DNA of 64,000 bases from Clostridia bacterium (GCA_045643465.1 JAZUKV010000010.1:6412-70411), one strand, 5' to 3'; numbered from the stretch's first letter, positions 1-9,739 are shown. The notes: a model not told the origin generated them from the sequence alone. Numbers and translations: made by a program.

Positions 1-1373
1 ATAAAACTTTAAAAACATTTCTATTAGGTTATTCTGGAAAATATAATGAATTATATAATGTTTTAAAAAATGAAGGTTTCAAAGAAGAAGAAATATTAGC
101 TTCAGATTTAGTATATAAAAATCAACAAGGTGAATTCATAGATGCTTTTAGAAGAAGATTGATGTTTCCAATTCAAGATGAACATGGAAAAATAATTGCT
201 TTTGGTGGCAGATCATTATTAGATGGTGATTCACGTCCAAAAAATGAACCTAAATATAGAAATTCTTCTGATACGATTGTGTATAATAAAGGAAGACATT
301 TATATGGGTTATATGCTGCCAAAAAAGATAAGCCAAAAAAGATACTAATTGTAGAAGGATATATGGATACAATATCATTACATCAAAGAGGTATAACAAA
401 TGTAGTTGCATCTCTAGGAACAGCTATGACTGAAGCACAAGGCCGTTTACTAAGAAATTCTTGTGAGCAAGTTATAATAGGATATGATACAGATGGAGCA
501 GGACAAGCTGCAACTATGCGTGGATTAGAAATATTAAAAAATCTAGGCTGTGATGTAAGAATTTTACAATTAGAAGGAGCAAAAGATCCAGATGAATACA
601 TTATTGAGAATGGACCAGAGCGTTTTAAACGTTATATGGATAATGCCATTTCATTAATAGAATTTAAAATTAAGAATTTGAAAAAAGAATTAAATTTGGA
701 TATTGCAAACGACAAAATTAAGTTTTTAACCGAAATTGCTAAAGAGTTAGCTTTGATAACAAATAGTATAGAGCAAGAGGTTTATATAGAAAAAATAGCT
801 TTAGATTACAAAATATCAAAAGAGGCGATATACGCAGAAATAAATAAAATTGTATACGCAAAGGAAAATGGTAACAAAAAGCTAGAAAAGAAAAATACTG
901 TTGTAAAACCAAGATTAGTAGATGATGATGATTCAAAAATAAATTCAGCTATCATAAAAAGAGAAAATCTTGTAATATATTTACTTGTAAATTATCCAGA
1001 AGAAGCATATCAAAATTTGAAAGATAATATTAAAATTGAAGAAATTAAATCTTCAAAAAATAAAGAAATTATCCAAAAATTATATGAAGAATTAGAAAAA
1101 GGGAATACAAATACAACAAGTATATTAAATGTTTTTAATGATGAAGATGTAATTGATCATTTGAGTGGAATCATGGCAACAGATTTTGAAATAACAGAAG
1201 TAAAAAAGTGCATCGAAGATGTAATAGTTAATTACGAGAAAGACAAACTAATAGCAAGAAGAAATGATATTATAAAGAAACTTGAAGATACTAGTGAATT
1301 GACTAAGGATGAAATAGCTAATTTAGAAAAAGAATTAAGTGAGTTAATAATACGATTAGCTAGAATGAAGTAG
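1..1373 (+). CDS. dnaG: DNA primase DnaG, 3' portion (5' end lies upstream of the window)
   Basis: Frame 3 is open from base 3 (KTLKTFLLGYSG...RRRLMFPIQDEHGKIIAFGGR). TOPRIM motifs ILIVEGYMDTISLHQRG and GYDTDGAGQAA. Directly followed by rpoD, as in the conserved dnaG-rpoD operon. Confidence 0.95.
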   Translation, partial: KTLKTFLLGYSGKYNELYNVLKNEGFKEEEILASDLVYKNQQGEFIDAFRRRLMFPIQDEHGKIIAFGGRSLLDGDSRPKNEPKYRNSSDTIVYNKGRHLYGLYAAKKDKPKKILIVEGYMDTISLHQRGITNVVASLGTAMTEAQGRLLRNSCEQVIIGYDTDGAGQAATMRGLEILKNLGCDVRILQLEGAKDPDEYIIENGPERFKRYMDNAISLIEFKIKNLKKELNLDIANDKIKFLTEIAKELALITNSIEQEVYIEKIALDYKISKEAIYAEINKIVYAKENGNKKLEKKNTVVKPRLVDDDDSKINSAIIKRENLVIYLLVNYPEEAYQNLKDNIKIEEIKSSKNKEIIQKLYEELEKGNTNTTSILNVFNDEDVIDHLSGIMATDFEITEVKKCIEDVIVNYEKDKLIARRNDIIKKLEDTSELTKDEIANLEKELSELIIRLARMK

Positions 1374-1388
1374 GAGGTATTAAACTAA

Positions 1389-2903
1389 ATGAAAAATTAT
1401 AGTATAGAAGTAGAGCTTATAGATCAAACAGGAAATAGTATTGAAAATAATCTTGTTTGTACAGTAAACAAGGAAGAAATTTCTAAAAACAAAACAGGTG
1501 CTTTTGTTTTTAAACAAAAATTTGAAGAAGTTGAAGAAAAGAATACTTTAAAAATTAATGTTAATAATATTGATTTAGTATTGTCATTAGTAATTGATAA
1601 AGAAGAAGAAAAAATTAATGCTAAAAAGACGAAATTGTCTGTAGTTAGTGACGGAAAAAAGGTTGCACTTGAACCTATAACAATTTCAAATAATATTGCA
1701 TGGGACATTGATTGCAAAAAACAAATTGTTTCAATTAAATTAATAGATATTGCAGATGGATTTATAGAAGATTCAATTGCTGAAGAAGATTCTAATAATG
1801 CTAAAAAATCAGATCATTCAGATAATAACAACGAAAAAATAGATAAACTTGTTGATAAGGCTAAAAAACAAGGTGGAATAACTTATGGAGAATTAGCATC
1901 AGATTTAAGTGATGCTACACCAAGTCAAATAGAAGATTTATTTGAAAAATTAGAAAAAATGGGAATTAACATTGATAAAGAAGAGCCTGATGAAGAAGAG
2001 CCTAATTTAGAAGATTTAGAAGAAGTAGAAGAAATTCAATTAGAAGATATAGATGTTACTAATATTGAAGGTGTCAGTATTGATGATCCTGTTAGAATGT
2101 ATCTAAGAGAAATTGGAAAAATACCTTTATTAACATATGACCAAGAAATCGAATTGGCTAGAGGAATTTTGGAAGGAGATGAAGAAAGTAAGAAAAAACT
2201 TTCTGAATCAAATTTAAGACTTGTTGTAAGTATAGCTAAAAAATACGTTGGAAGAGGAATGTTATTTTTAGATTTAATTCAAGAAGGTAACATGGGATTA
2301 ATTAAAGCAGTAGAAAAATTTGATTATACAAAGGGCTACAAATTTAGTACTTATGCTACATGGTGGATTAGACAAGCTATAACAAGAGCTATAGCAGATC
2401 AAGCAAGAACTATAAGAATTCCAGTTCATATGGTTGAAACTATAAATAAATTAATACGTACTTCAAGACATTTATTACAACAATTAGGAAGAGAGCCTAG
2501 CCCAGAAGAAATTGCAAAAGAAATGGAAATTTCTGTAGATAAAGTTGTAGAAATACAAAAAATTGCGCAGGATCCAGTTTCATTGGAAACTCCAATAGGC
2601 GAAGAAGATGATAGCCATTTAGGTGATTTTATACAAGATGATGATTCACCTGCTCCACAAGATTCTGTTGCTTATACTTTATTAAAAGAGCAATTAGAAG
2701 AAGTAATGGGTACTTTAACACCAAGAGAAGCTAAGGTTTTAAAATTAAGATTTGGTTTAGAAGATGGCAAAGCTAGAACTCTTGAAGAAGTTGGTAAAGA
2801 ATTTAAAGTTACTCGTGAAAGAATTAGACAGATAGAAGCTAAAGCCTTAAGAAAGTTAAGACATCCAAGTAGAAGTAAGAAATTAAAAGATTATATGAAT
2901 TAA
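1389..2903 (+). CDS. rpoD: Primary RNA polymerase sigma factor (sigma-70/SigA family) with an N-terminal extension of about 148 aa
   Basis: Region 2 ([52 protein letters not shown]) and region 4.2 ([30 protein letters not shown]). GGAGG RBS lies 11 nt upstream of the ATG at 1389. Confidence 0.95.
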   Translation: MKNYSIEVELIDQTGNSIENNLVCTVNKEEISKNKTGAFVFKQKFEEVEEKNTLKINVNNIDLVLSLVIDKEEEKINAKKTKLSVVSDGKKVALEPITISNNIAWDIDCKKQIVSIKLIDIADGFIEDSIAEEDSNNAKKSDHSDNNNEKIDKLVDKAKKQGGITYGELASDLSDATPSQIEDLFEKLEKMGINIDKEEPDEEEPNLEDLEEVEEIQLEDIDVTNIEGVSIDDPVRMYLREIGKIPLLTYDQEIELARGILEGDEESKKKLSESNLRLVVSIAKKYVGRGMLFLDLIQEGNMGLIKAVEKFDYTKGYKFSTYATWWIRQAITRAIADQARTIRIPVHMVETINKLIRTSRHLLQQLGREPSPEEIAKEMEISVDKVVEIQKIAQDPVSLETPIGEEDDSHLGDFIQDDDSPAPQDSVAYTLLKEQLEEVMGTLTPREAKVLKLRFGLEDGKARTLEEVGKEFKVTRERIRQIEAKALRKLRHPSRSKKLKDYMN

Positions 2904-2915
2904 TTGTTAAAAAGC

Positions 2916-2945
2916 TTGACTTTTCACTATATTTTATGTTAATAT
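2916..2945 (+). promoter_or_regulatory. Sigma-A type promoter candidate (TTGACT-N18-TAATAT) for the small ORF at 3007
   Basis: TTGACT at 2916-2921 and TAATAT at 2940-2945, read directly. Confidence 0.5.
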
Positions 2946-3006
2946 AGTAGTGTATACTTATTTATAAGACTATAAATTTAGAAAAATGGGGGTGCAAAAT
3001 TAGCTT

Positions 3007-3273
3007 ATGAGTAAATCTAAAAACAGTGTTTCTGTATTTAAAGCATTAAAAGAGCTTGTTAGTGGTAAAGTATGGGAACCAGTTGATGAAAATGCAGTAT
3101 ATAGATTTGAAAGTTGCGTAGAAGCTGTACAATTAGCTGAAGGTGAAAAATGTAAAGCTAATAGACATGCATCTTCTAGTAGACAAATACGCGGATCAAG
3201 AAATTCAGAGCAAACACAATTTAAAAATAAAAATATTGAAAAAACAAATAATTATGGTAGAGAATCTAGATAA
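3007..3273 (+). CDS. Hypothetical small protein (88 aa) in a stand-alone transcription unit
   Basis: Has its own promoter-like boxes upstream and a hairpin plus T-run downstream. A/T-ending codon usage matches the host. No recognisable family. An ncRNA alternative is not excluded. Confidence 0.45.
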   Translation: MSKSKNSVSVFKALKELVSGKVWEPVDENAVYRFESCVEAVQLAEGEKCKANRHASSSRQIRGSRNSEQTQFKNKNIEKTNNYGRESR

Positions 3274-3290
3274 CTGTAAATAAATATGAA

Positions 3291-3320
3291 AGCAAAATAG
3301 AAATATTTTGCTTTTTTTAT
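3291..3320 (+). terminator. Rho-independent terminator
   Basis: AGCAAAATA / TATTTTGCT stem with GAAA loop, followed by a T-run. Confidence 0.7.
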
Positions 3321-3328
3321 TTTTTTTG

Positions 3329-3357
3329 TTGACAAATAATAAAAAAAACATTATAAT
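3329..3357 (+). promoter_or_regulatory. Consensus sigma-A promoter (TTGACA-N17-TATAAT) for tRNA-Met
   Basis: TTGACA at 3329-3334 and TATAAT at 3352-3357, 13 nt upstream of the tRNA 5' end. Confidence 0.8.
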
Positions 3358-3370
3358 AATAATCGCTGAT

Positions 3371-3447
3371 GGCGAGATAGCTCAGTTGGCTAGAGCATCC
3401 GGTTCATACCCGGCAGGTCGATGGTTCGAATCCATTTCTCGCTACCA
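3371..3447 (+). tRNA. tRNA-Met (anticodon CAT), elongator type
   Basis: Manual cloverleaf: acceptor GGCGAGA/TCTCGCT, D arm GCTC-AGTTGGCTA-GAGC, anticodon loop TTCATAC, T arm GATGG-TTCGAAT-CCATT, encoded CCA. Loop context resembles B. subtilis elongator Met, not Ile2 or fMet. Confidence 0.9.
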
Positions 3448-3452
3448 AAAAA

Positions 3453-3482
3453 AATCAATCAGAAATGATTGATTTTTTTTTT
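3453..3482 (+). terminator. Rho-independent terminator after tRNA-Met
   Basis: AATCAATCA-GAAA-TGATTGATT hairpin followed by a T-run of about 10 nt. Confidence 0.85.
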
Positions 3483-3640
3483 GCTATAAATATAGTAAAG
3501 ACATGTATGAATATGTAGTGTATAGATTCATATTAAGGTATTGAAGATAAAAAAATTTTAGAAAAAGTTAATAAGTAAACTTTGCAATACTATAATCAAA
3601 AAAGACAAGTGAACTTGCCATGTGGAAAGGGAGTATTAAT

Positions 3641-3976
3641 ATGGATAAAGAAGAAATAATGAAAAAAGTTAAAATTGATAATAAAAAAGGGGATGAAAGA
3701 GAAAAATTTATTGAAGTTAGATCAGAAGTATATGCTGTAATTGTAACAGTTATTTAACTTTTAGCATTTATTATTGTAAGTGTATTTAGAAAAACAGATA
3801 TATTAGGATTTTTAACAGTAATGCTAGGTGGGGTTTTTGGTGAATTTATTGGAAAAGTAAGATATAATAGAAATTTCAGCAATATATGCTCTGCCATAAT
3901 TTCTGGAATATTGTTTATTTGGGGATTGATAGAATTTTTTATGGGCAATAGTTTGATTATAAATATTAATTTATAA
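3641..3976 (+). pseudogene. Small membrane protein gene interrupted by an in-frame TAA (3755-3757), upstream partner of a short XRE regulator
   Basis: GGGAG RBS plus ATG at 3641. The frame reads MDKEEIMKKVKIDNKKGDEREKFIEVRSEVYAVIVTVI-stop-LLAFIIVSVFRK...GILFIWGLIEFFMGNSLIININL-stop. The same frame is open on both sides of the TAA and the second part encodes two TM helices. Confidence 0.7.
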
Positions 3977-3989
3977 GGGGAGATAAACA

Positions 3990-4196
3990 ATGAGGGAAGA
4001 ATTGGTTTTAAAAAATAGATTAAAAGAAATAAGAAATGAAAAAAGAATCTCTCAACAGGAATTAGCAGATATTGTTGGAGTATCAAGAAATACTATTAGT
4101 TCAATAGAAAGAGGTCAATATCAGCCAACTGCCAAATTAGCGTATGTTATTTGTATAGCATTAGATAAAAAATTTGAAGATATATTTTATTTTTAA
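3990..4196 (+). CDS. XRE-family helix-turn-helix transcriptional regulator (68 aa)
   Basis: HTH_3 pattern LKEIRNEKRISQQELADIVGVSRNTISSIERGQ. Confidence 0.9.
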   Translation: MREELVLKNRLKEIRNEKRISQQELADIVGVSRNTISSIERGQYQPTAKLAYVICIALDKKFEDIFYF

Positions 4197-4233
4197 TTAG
4201 AAACATAGTTTACAATAAGTGTAAATAGAAAGG

Positions 4234-4267
4234 TAGAAATTTTAATTGCAAAATTTCTATCTTTTTT
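4234..4267 (+). terminator. Rho-independent terminator
   Basis: TAGAAATTTT / AAAATTTCTA stem, 6-nt loop, T-run. Confidence 0.75.
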
Positions 4268-4315
4268 ATATAATCATTAAAAGATAAAATTAAGAATTAT
4301 AAAGAAAAGGAATGG

Positions 4316-4729
4316 TTGAATATGAGAATGATAAAAAAATGTGCAGTTATAGGAGTTATTTTTTCTCTTATGGTTATTTTATTAGTAGGATGTAGTAAAG
4401 AAGAAAAGAAAAGTAAATTAATAGGTATGTGGGATTCAGATTGGCGTCCAGTTATGGATAGGGAAATTTATGTTTTTAATGATGATGGAACAGGTGAGAG
4501 CATTTTTATTTCAGAAGAAAGTTTAGAAGATAATAAGGATATTAAATATTTAGAGGGTAAAGCAGAAATAGTAATGAAATTTAAATATAAAGATTATGGA
4601 ATATATGTAGAATTAGAATATGACGGTTATAATGAAAAACAAAGAATAGATTATGAAATAAAAGATAACATTTTAAATATTCATATTGAACAAGCTGGAT
4701 GGACAGATAGAGAATATAATAAATTATAA
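4316..4729 (+). CDS. Putative lipoprotein (start may be the ATG at 4322 or 4328)
   Basis: Signal peptide ending in lipobox LLVGC followed by SKEEKK. No recognisable family. Confidence 0.7.
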   Translation: MNMRMIKKCAVIGVIFSLMVILLVGCSKEEKKSKLIGMWDSDWRPVMDREIYVFNDDGTGESIFISEESLEDNKDIKYLEGKAEIVMKFKYKDYGIYVELEYDGYNEKQRIDYEIKDNILNIHIEQAGWTDREYNKL

Positions 4730-4755
4730 TATAAAAATAAGAGCAAACTAAAAAT

Positions 4756-4787
4756 CAAAAATTTCAAATGAGAAATTTTTGTTTTTT
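4756..4787 (+). terminator. Rho-independent terminator
   Basis: CAAAAATTTC / GAAATTTTTG stem plus T-run. Confidence 0.75.
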
Positions 4788-4808
4788 GTATAATTTTGAG
4801 GAGGATAT

Positions 4809-5285
4809 ATGATGAATTATAATATAAGAGCGATTAGAGAAGATGAATATAGTATTTTAGAAGATTTTCTATATGAAGCTATTTATATTCCAGAAGGAAT
4901 TCAAAAACCAAGTAAGGATATTATTAAAAAAGATGAGCTTCAAGTTTATATAAAGAATTTTGGAAATCAAAAAGGAGATTATTGTTTAGTATCAGAAGTA
5001 AACGGTAAAATTATTGGAGCATGTTGGACTAGAATAATGAATGATTATGGGCATATAGATGATAATACACCTTCTTTTGCTATATCTTTATATGAAGAGT
5101 ATAGAGGAAATGGAATAGGAACACAATTGATGATTAAAATGATACAAAAATTAAAAGATGAAGGATATTTACAAGCTTCTCTTGCAGTTCAAAAGGAAAA
5201 CTATGCAGTGAAGATGTATAAAAAAGTTGGATTTAAAATTATTGATGAAAATGAAGAAGAATATATAATGTTATGTGATTTATAA
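4809..5285 (+). CDS. GNAT-family N-acetyltransferase
   Basis: Acetyl-CoA binding motif A, YRGNGIGTQLM, and the typical ~158-aa size. Confidence 0.85.
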   Translation: MMNYNIRAIREDEYSILEDFLYEAIYIPEGIQKPSKDIIKKDELQVYIKNFGNQKGDYCLVSEVNGKIIGACWTRIMNDYGHIDDNTPSFAISLYEEYRGNGIGTQLMIKMIQKLKDEGYLQASLAVQKENYAVKMYKKVGFKIIDENEEEYIMLCDL

Positions 5286-5508
5286 ATTATATAGATAAAA
5301 GTAAGGCTGTTTATGGGATTGTTTAATATATTTAAAACTAAAAAATAAAGTCATAGATAAAATTAAACGTAGCCTGATTTTCACAAAAAAGTTTATCTTT
5401 CTATCTCATTATGAGGAAATTTCTTTTATAATAATTTTACACTATCATCACCACAAACACTATTATTTGTATGATTTAAGATATAATAAAATGTAAGGAG
5501 TATATATT

Positions 5509-6411
5509 ATGGGAAATGTATTTTATTTTGATTTTGAAATAAAAATAATGGAGTGGTTACAATCATTTGAAAGTCCAATTTTTACAAGTGCTGCTAAGTT
5601 TTTTACTTTACTTGGAGATGAATATTTAATGATTGTAATATTAGGACTTTGTTATTGGAGCTTTAAAAAAGATATCGGGAGAAAAGTATCATTATCAGTT
5701 TGTGCTAGTATGATGTTTAGTACTCTTATTAAAGGGGCATTTTTAAGAAGAAGACCGTATATGGATAATAAAAGAGTAAAATGTATTAGAGCTGCTTATC
5801 CTGATGAAGATTTGATGGACCCAAATATTCAAGGCTATTCACTTCCTAGTATGCATTCTTCTAACTCAGTATCAGAGTATGGTACTATTTTTAAAAATAT
5901 AACAAATGTATTATTTAAAATAATATGTATTTTATTACCGTTATTAATAGGATTATCTAGAATATATCTAGGAGTACACTATCCAACAGATATACTTTCA
6001 GGATTATTGATTGGATTATTATCTGTTATAATATTTTCTGTAATAGAAAAAAAATATGGTTATAAAATTGGATTTATAATTATACTTTTATTATCTTTAA
6101 TAGGATTTTTTTATTGCAAAGATGCAGAATTTTATTCATGTTATGGTGTAACACTTGGATTATTTTTAGGATTTATGTATGAAGAAAAAAAGATTAATTT
6201 TAATAATTCTACAAAATGGTGGAGTATAATACTAAGACCTTTATTAGGACTTATTATATTTATTATAATTAGCACAATATTAAAATTACCTGTTAAAAAT
6301 ATAACAAGTGATAGTTATTTCTTACTTTTATATCGTCTTTTTAGATATACATTATCTACATTTGTAATAATAGGTTTATACCCTTATTTATTTAAAAAAT
6401 TCAAAATATAG
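5509..6411 (+). CDS. PAP2-superfamily membrane phosphatase (BcrC/PgpB-like) with extra C-terminal TM segments
   Basis: All three PAP2 motifs are present: KGAFLRRRP, PSMHS, SRIYLGVHYPTD. Confidence 0.85.
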   Translation: MGNVFYFDFEIKIMEWLQSFESPIFTSAAKFFTLLGDEYLMIVILGLCYWSFKKDIGRKVSLSVCASMMFSTLIKGAFLRRRPYMDNKRVKCIRAAYPDEDLMDPNIQGYSLPSMHSSNSVSEYGTIFKNITNVLFKIICILLPLLIGLSRIYLGVHYPTDILSGLLIGLLSVIIFSVIEKKYGYKIGFIIILLLSLIGFFYCKDAEFYSCYGVTLGLFLGFMYEEKKINFNNSTKWWSIILRPLLGLIIFIIISTILKLPVKNITSDSYFLLLYRLFRYTLSTFVIIGLYPYLFKKFKI

Positions 6412-6590
6412 TTCATTGAAATTCACATATTTTATGTGATAAATATTATTTTTGTATTAATCTTAAACTAAAAAAATAGGTTAGTATAATGTTTAATTTG
6501 TAAAGAAGGTTATTTTTATGCTGATTGCTGGAATAGTTGTATAAATTAATGTGTAAGCAAAATAGTAAGTTGCTAATATGTTAAAATGCA

Positions 6591-7112
6591 TTGCTTGTAG
6601 CAACGGATAATTTAAAAACATTAAGAAAAAATAAAGGACTTTCACAAGAAGAATTAAGTGTTAAATTACATGTTGTTAGACAAACAGTTTCAAAATGGGA
6701 AACAGGTTTATCTGTTCCAGATGCTGAAATGTTAATAAATATATCAGAAATATTTGAAACACCAGTAGGTGAACTTCTTGGCGAAAGTATTGAAGAAAAA
6801 GAAAATGAAGATTTAAAAGTAATATCTGAAAAATTAGAAGTAATTAATGAACAATTATCAAATTATCAAAAAGAAAAAAGAAAGAAAATACTTAAAACTT
6901 TGATAATTATAGATATAAGTATTGTTTTACTGTTTATATTATTAGCATTATTAGACCAACCTTATAGAATTTGGGATTATGATATTATTGAATGGGCTAT
7001 ATTAGGAACTTTTTGTGAAGCATTTGAATGGATATTTATGAGATTAGTACCTATTGCTGTAATAGTATTAACAACAATAATATTAATTAAAAGAAATAAA
7101 CAACAAATATAG
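6591..7112 (+). CDS. XRE-family HTH regulator fused to C-terminal transmembrane segments (TTG start as given by the ORF track, uncertain)
   Basis: LKTLRKNKGLSQEELSVKLHVVRQTVSKWETG, then two hydrophobic helices. Confidence 0.75.
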   Translation: MLVATDNLKTLRKNKGLSQEELSVKLHVVRQTVSKWETGLSVPDAEMLINISEIFETPVGELLGESIEEKENEDLKVISEKLEVINEQLSNYQKEKRKKILKTLIIIDISIVLLFILLALLDQPYRIWDYDIIEWAILGTFCEAFEWIFMRLVPIAVIVLTTIILIKRNKQQI

Positions 7113-7230
7113 TGGAAATAGGAAGACGTTTTTTGGTAAAAAATAAAGAAACGGTAAATAAATTAATTTATGAATATAAAGACAGTAAAAAAATATTGTA
7201 CAGGATTATATTTTTTCAGATATTTTTACT

Positions 7231-7272
7231 GCAATAAGAAAAAATTGGTAAGTTAATATATATTAACTTACC
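7231..7272. terminator. Perfect 42-nt palindrome, bidirectional terminator candidate overlapping the acyltransferase stop
   Basis: AAAAAATTGGTAAGTTAATATATATTAACTTACCAATTTTTT. Confidence 0.6.
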
Positions 7273-8387
7273 AATTTTTTTACCACAGGTATCTTTTTTA
7301 GGATTAAAGAAATTACCAAACATATAATAGCAACTATAATGGCATATATAATATTAAAAATAATATTGCAACATATAGGATAGCTTAATATATGTTGGAT
7401 TGTTAGATTTATTATTATCTCATGTATTAAATAAATACCTAAAGTATTGCAAGAGATAAGACGTATAATTCCTATGTCTTTATTAAGATTCAAGCATAAA
7501 ATATAGATGCAAATAACATTAATAAATGTAAAAATTGTATCATATCCATTCCAAACTACATCCCACATCTCATTGGAAATTTTTGAATAATATATTCCCA
7601 TTGCCCATAAACCCAAACAAGAAATTACCAGGGTAATTAAACTAATTAAATTTCTTTTTAAAGGATTAATGTTTAAAATCTTTTCTTTGTAGTTATAAAT
7701 ACATCCACCTACACAAAAGTAAACAAATGAGTATCCACAAATATTTCGGAAAGGATTAAATATATTAAAAAAATTATATCCTTGTAATGTTATATTTTTA
7801 TTTAATACAACATTACAAAAAATAGTTCCTATTTCATTAAGTAGAGTATTTCCAAATGTTAAAATAGTACAAATACTAACAAAATAATAAAAAATTTTTT
7901 TGTTTTTATCATATGCGACTTTTAATATTGGAAATAGAATGTATATGCAAACAAGAGCTCCTAGGAACCAAAGTGAATTAATCCAGCCCATTTTCCAATT
8001 TAATAAATCTTTTATTATTTGAGACAATGACAGATATTCATTTTTTATCGGCATAAAAATTAAAATTTTTCCAATTCCCCATATACCACATAATATAATT
8101 AAATGAACTGTTTTGTAAATATGTTTTTTTAGATTTAAATCTCTGTTGAATAGTAAATAACCATTCGCCAAAAAAAACAAGCAAACACAGGGGGACAAAG
8201 TTGTTTTAAATAGATATTGAATATAGTTAATAGGCGTCGGTTCGCTTATTATGTCATTTCCGTATAATGTACTATGATATATAATTACAAGTAAAATAGC
8301 GATAACTTTTAATAAATCAATATGCGACTCTCTTTTTTTATTTTCGATTTTTTCATTATATAGTATTTTTTGAAATATTCTTTTCAT
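7263..8387 (-). CDS. Acyltransferase-3 family integral membrane O-acyltransferase
   Basis: N-terminal HIDLLKVIAILLVIIYHS motif and about 10 TM segments. Confidence 0.8.
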   Translation of the reverse strand: MKRIFQKILYNEKIENKKRESHIDLLKVIAILLVIIYHSTLYGNDIISEPTPINYIQYLFKTTLSPCVCLFFLANGYLLFNRDLNLKKHIYKTVHLIILCGIWGIGKILIFMPIKNEYLSLSQIIKDLLNWKMGWINSLWFLGALVCIYILFPILKVAYDKNKKIFYYFVSICTILTFGNTLLNEIGTIFCNVVLNKNITLQGYNFFNIFNPFRNICGYSFVYFCVGGCIYNYKEKILNINPLKRNLISLITLVISCLGLWAMGIYYSKISNEMWDVVWNGYDTIFTFINVICIYILCLNLNKDIGIIRLISCNTLGIYLIHEIIINLTIQHILSYPICCNIIFNIIYAIIVAIICLVISLILKKIPVVKKLVS

Positions 8388-8609
8388 ATGTTGCTATATC
8401 CTTCCTTTATATTTTTTTGATTGTTTAAAGTATATCACTATATCAAAAAAAAACAATAGTAAAATAAGGTGAGCTAGTGAAGAGTCTATAAAAAAAGAAA
8501 AAAGAAGAGTATGAAATTTTATTGAAAATTTTTTGCTCTTTTTATATAATTGAATCGTAGAGAAAAATAGTAATATATATTATTTAATATTAATGGATAG
8601 GAGAATATA

Positions 8610-9134
8610 ATGGAAGAAATGTTAGATATTTATACAAGAGATGGAAAATATTTAGGGATAAAAACAAGAAAAGAATGTCATCAACCTAATCCTGGATTTT
8701 ATCATAAACCTGCGTGGACTTGGATTTACAATGAAAAAAATGAAATATTAGTTCAAAAGAGAGCTATGTGTAAAAAGAACTATCCTGGCTATTGGGATAT
8801 GCCATGTGCGGGTCATATAGAAGCAGGGGAGTCGATAGTTAATGGTGTTATTAGAGAGGCTAAAGAAGAAATTGGTGTTGATATATCTGAAAAAGATTGT
8901 AAATTGGAATTTGAATTTATAGAAGATCATGCATGGGAAATTGGTCAAGTATTTTTCATTAAAATAAATAAAAAAATTGATGAATTTGTATTACAAAAAG
9001 AAGAAGTCGAAATGGTAAAATGGCTAAATTTAAATGATTTCAAAGAATTATTATATTCAGATAAATGGGTAGATTATGATAAAAAATATAAAGATATGGT
9101 TGTAGAAAAATTTAAAGAATTGTTTAATAAATAA
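8610..9134 (+). CDS. NUDIX hydrolase
   Basis: Nudix box GHIEAGESIVNGVIREAKEEIGV. Confidence 0.9.
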   Translation: MEEMLDIYTRDGKYLGIKTRKECHQPNPGFYHKPAWTWIYNEKNEILVQKRAMCKKNYPGYWDMPCAGHIEAGESIVNGVIREAKEEIGVDISEKDCKLEFEFIEDHAWEIGQVFFIKINKKIDEFVLQKEEVEMVKWLNLNDFKELLYSDKWVDYDKKYKDMVVEKFKELFNK

Positions 9135-9178
9135 TCACAATTAATGCGTGAAAATAGTAATTTGTAGAGGTGAATTAG

Positions 9179-9739
9179 ATGAATATATTAATAACAGGTG
9201 GAGCATGTGCTGGTAAAACAACGAGTATAAATTATATTAATAATTATCTTAAATCGCATAGTTATAAAGTTAGTATTAATGAGGAAATTCCAACTAAGTT
9301 AATAAACAATGGAATTAAACCTCAAGGGATTGAATTTATAAAATTAGTTATTAATGAACAATTAAATCAATTAAAAGAATCTGATGCTAGTTTTATAAAT
9401 ATTTTTGATGGTTCTCCATTAGATGTAATCAAATTTATAAATAAAGATGAATTGGAGATTATATTAAATGAATATAATGAAAGTATAAGTAATATATTAG
9501 TAAAATATGATTATATTATACATTTAGAATCGGTAGCAGTTTCTATGCCAGAAAAATATTCAAATGAAACAAATAAAGCTAGAACTTTAAACGTAGTTGA
9601 ATCAGCTAATAGAGAAAAAAAGTTATTAGAGTTATATAATCAATTTCCAAATAGATACATAATACACACATATGAAAATTTTAATGATAAATTAAATGAG
9701 CTCGAAAAAATAATGCGAGAAATAATTAGTAAAATATAA
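9179..9739 (+). CDS. P-loop ATPase (AAA_28/NadR-kinase-like)
   Basis: Walker A motif ITGGACAGKTTS at the N-terminus. Small size. Confidence 0.6.
   Translation: MNILITGGACAGKTTSINYINNYLKSHSYKVSINEEIPTKLINNGIKPQGIEFIKLVINEQLNQLKESDASFINIFDGSPLDVIKFINKDELEIILNEYNESISNILVKYDYIIHLESVAVSMPEKYSNETNKARTLNVVESANREKKLLELYNQFPNRYIIHTYENFNDKLNELEKIMREIISKI

Noticed and set aside
383-601. Antisense or overlapping ORFs from the six-frame track inside well-supported genes. Examples: 383-601, 739-936, 1424-1717, 3754-4086, 8748-8948, 15192-15395, 16697-16924, 18022-18276, 24176-24532, 24956-25183, 25106-25471, 28453-28914, 29617-29883, 32457-32720, 34990-35334, 36533-36772, 37146-37337, 39460-39741, 41716-42345, 45511-45744, 46048-46945, 48706-49031, 52052-52234, 52542-52751, 55555-56230, 57366-57587, 58034-58984, 59068-59310, 60881-61096, 61468-61659, 62611-62898.
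   Set aside because: Each lies within or opposite a gene with clear family motifs. They lack RBSs and have low-complexity or hydrophobic translations typical of antisense frames in AT-rich DNA.
2985-3300. Tested the region starting GGGGGTGCAAAA for tmRNA, RNase P RNA, SRP RNA or 6S RNA.
   Set aside because: None of the hallmarks are present: no tRNA-like 3' end or tag ORF ending in ALAA, no GAGGAAAGTCC, no SRP domain IV motif. It is kept as a hypothetical CDS with a caveat.
5313-5348. Mini-ORF MGLFNIFKTKK, resembling the start of the ermC leader peptide (MGIFSIFVI...), located upstream of the PAP2 phosphatase gene.
   Set aside because: It is only 11 codons. No convincing alternative hairpins link it to the downstream gene, and the PAP2 gene has its own TATAAT box (about 5484-5489) close to its RBS. 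The similarity could be chance.
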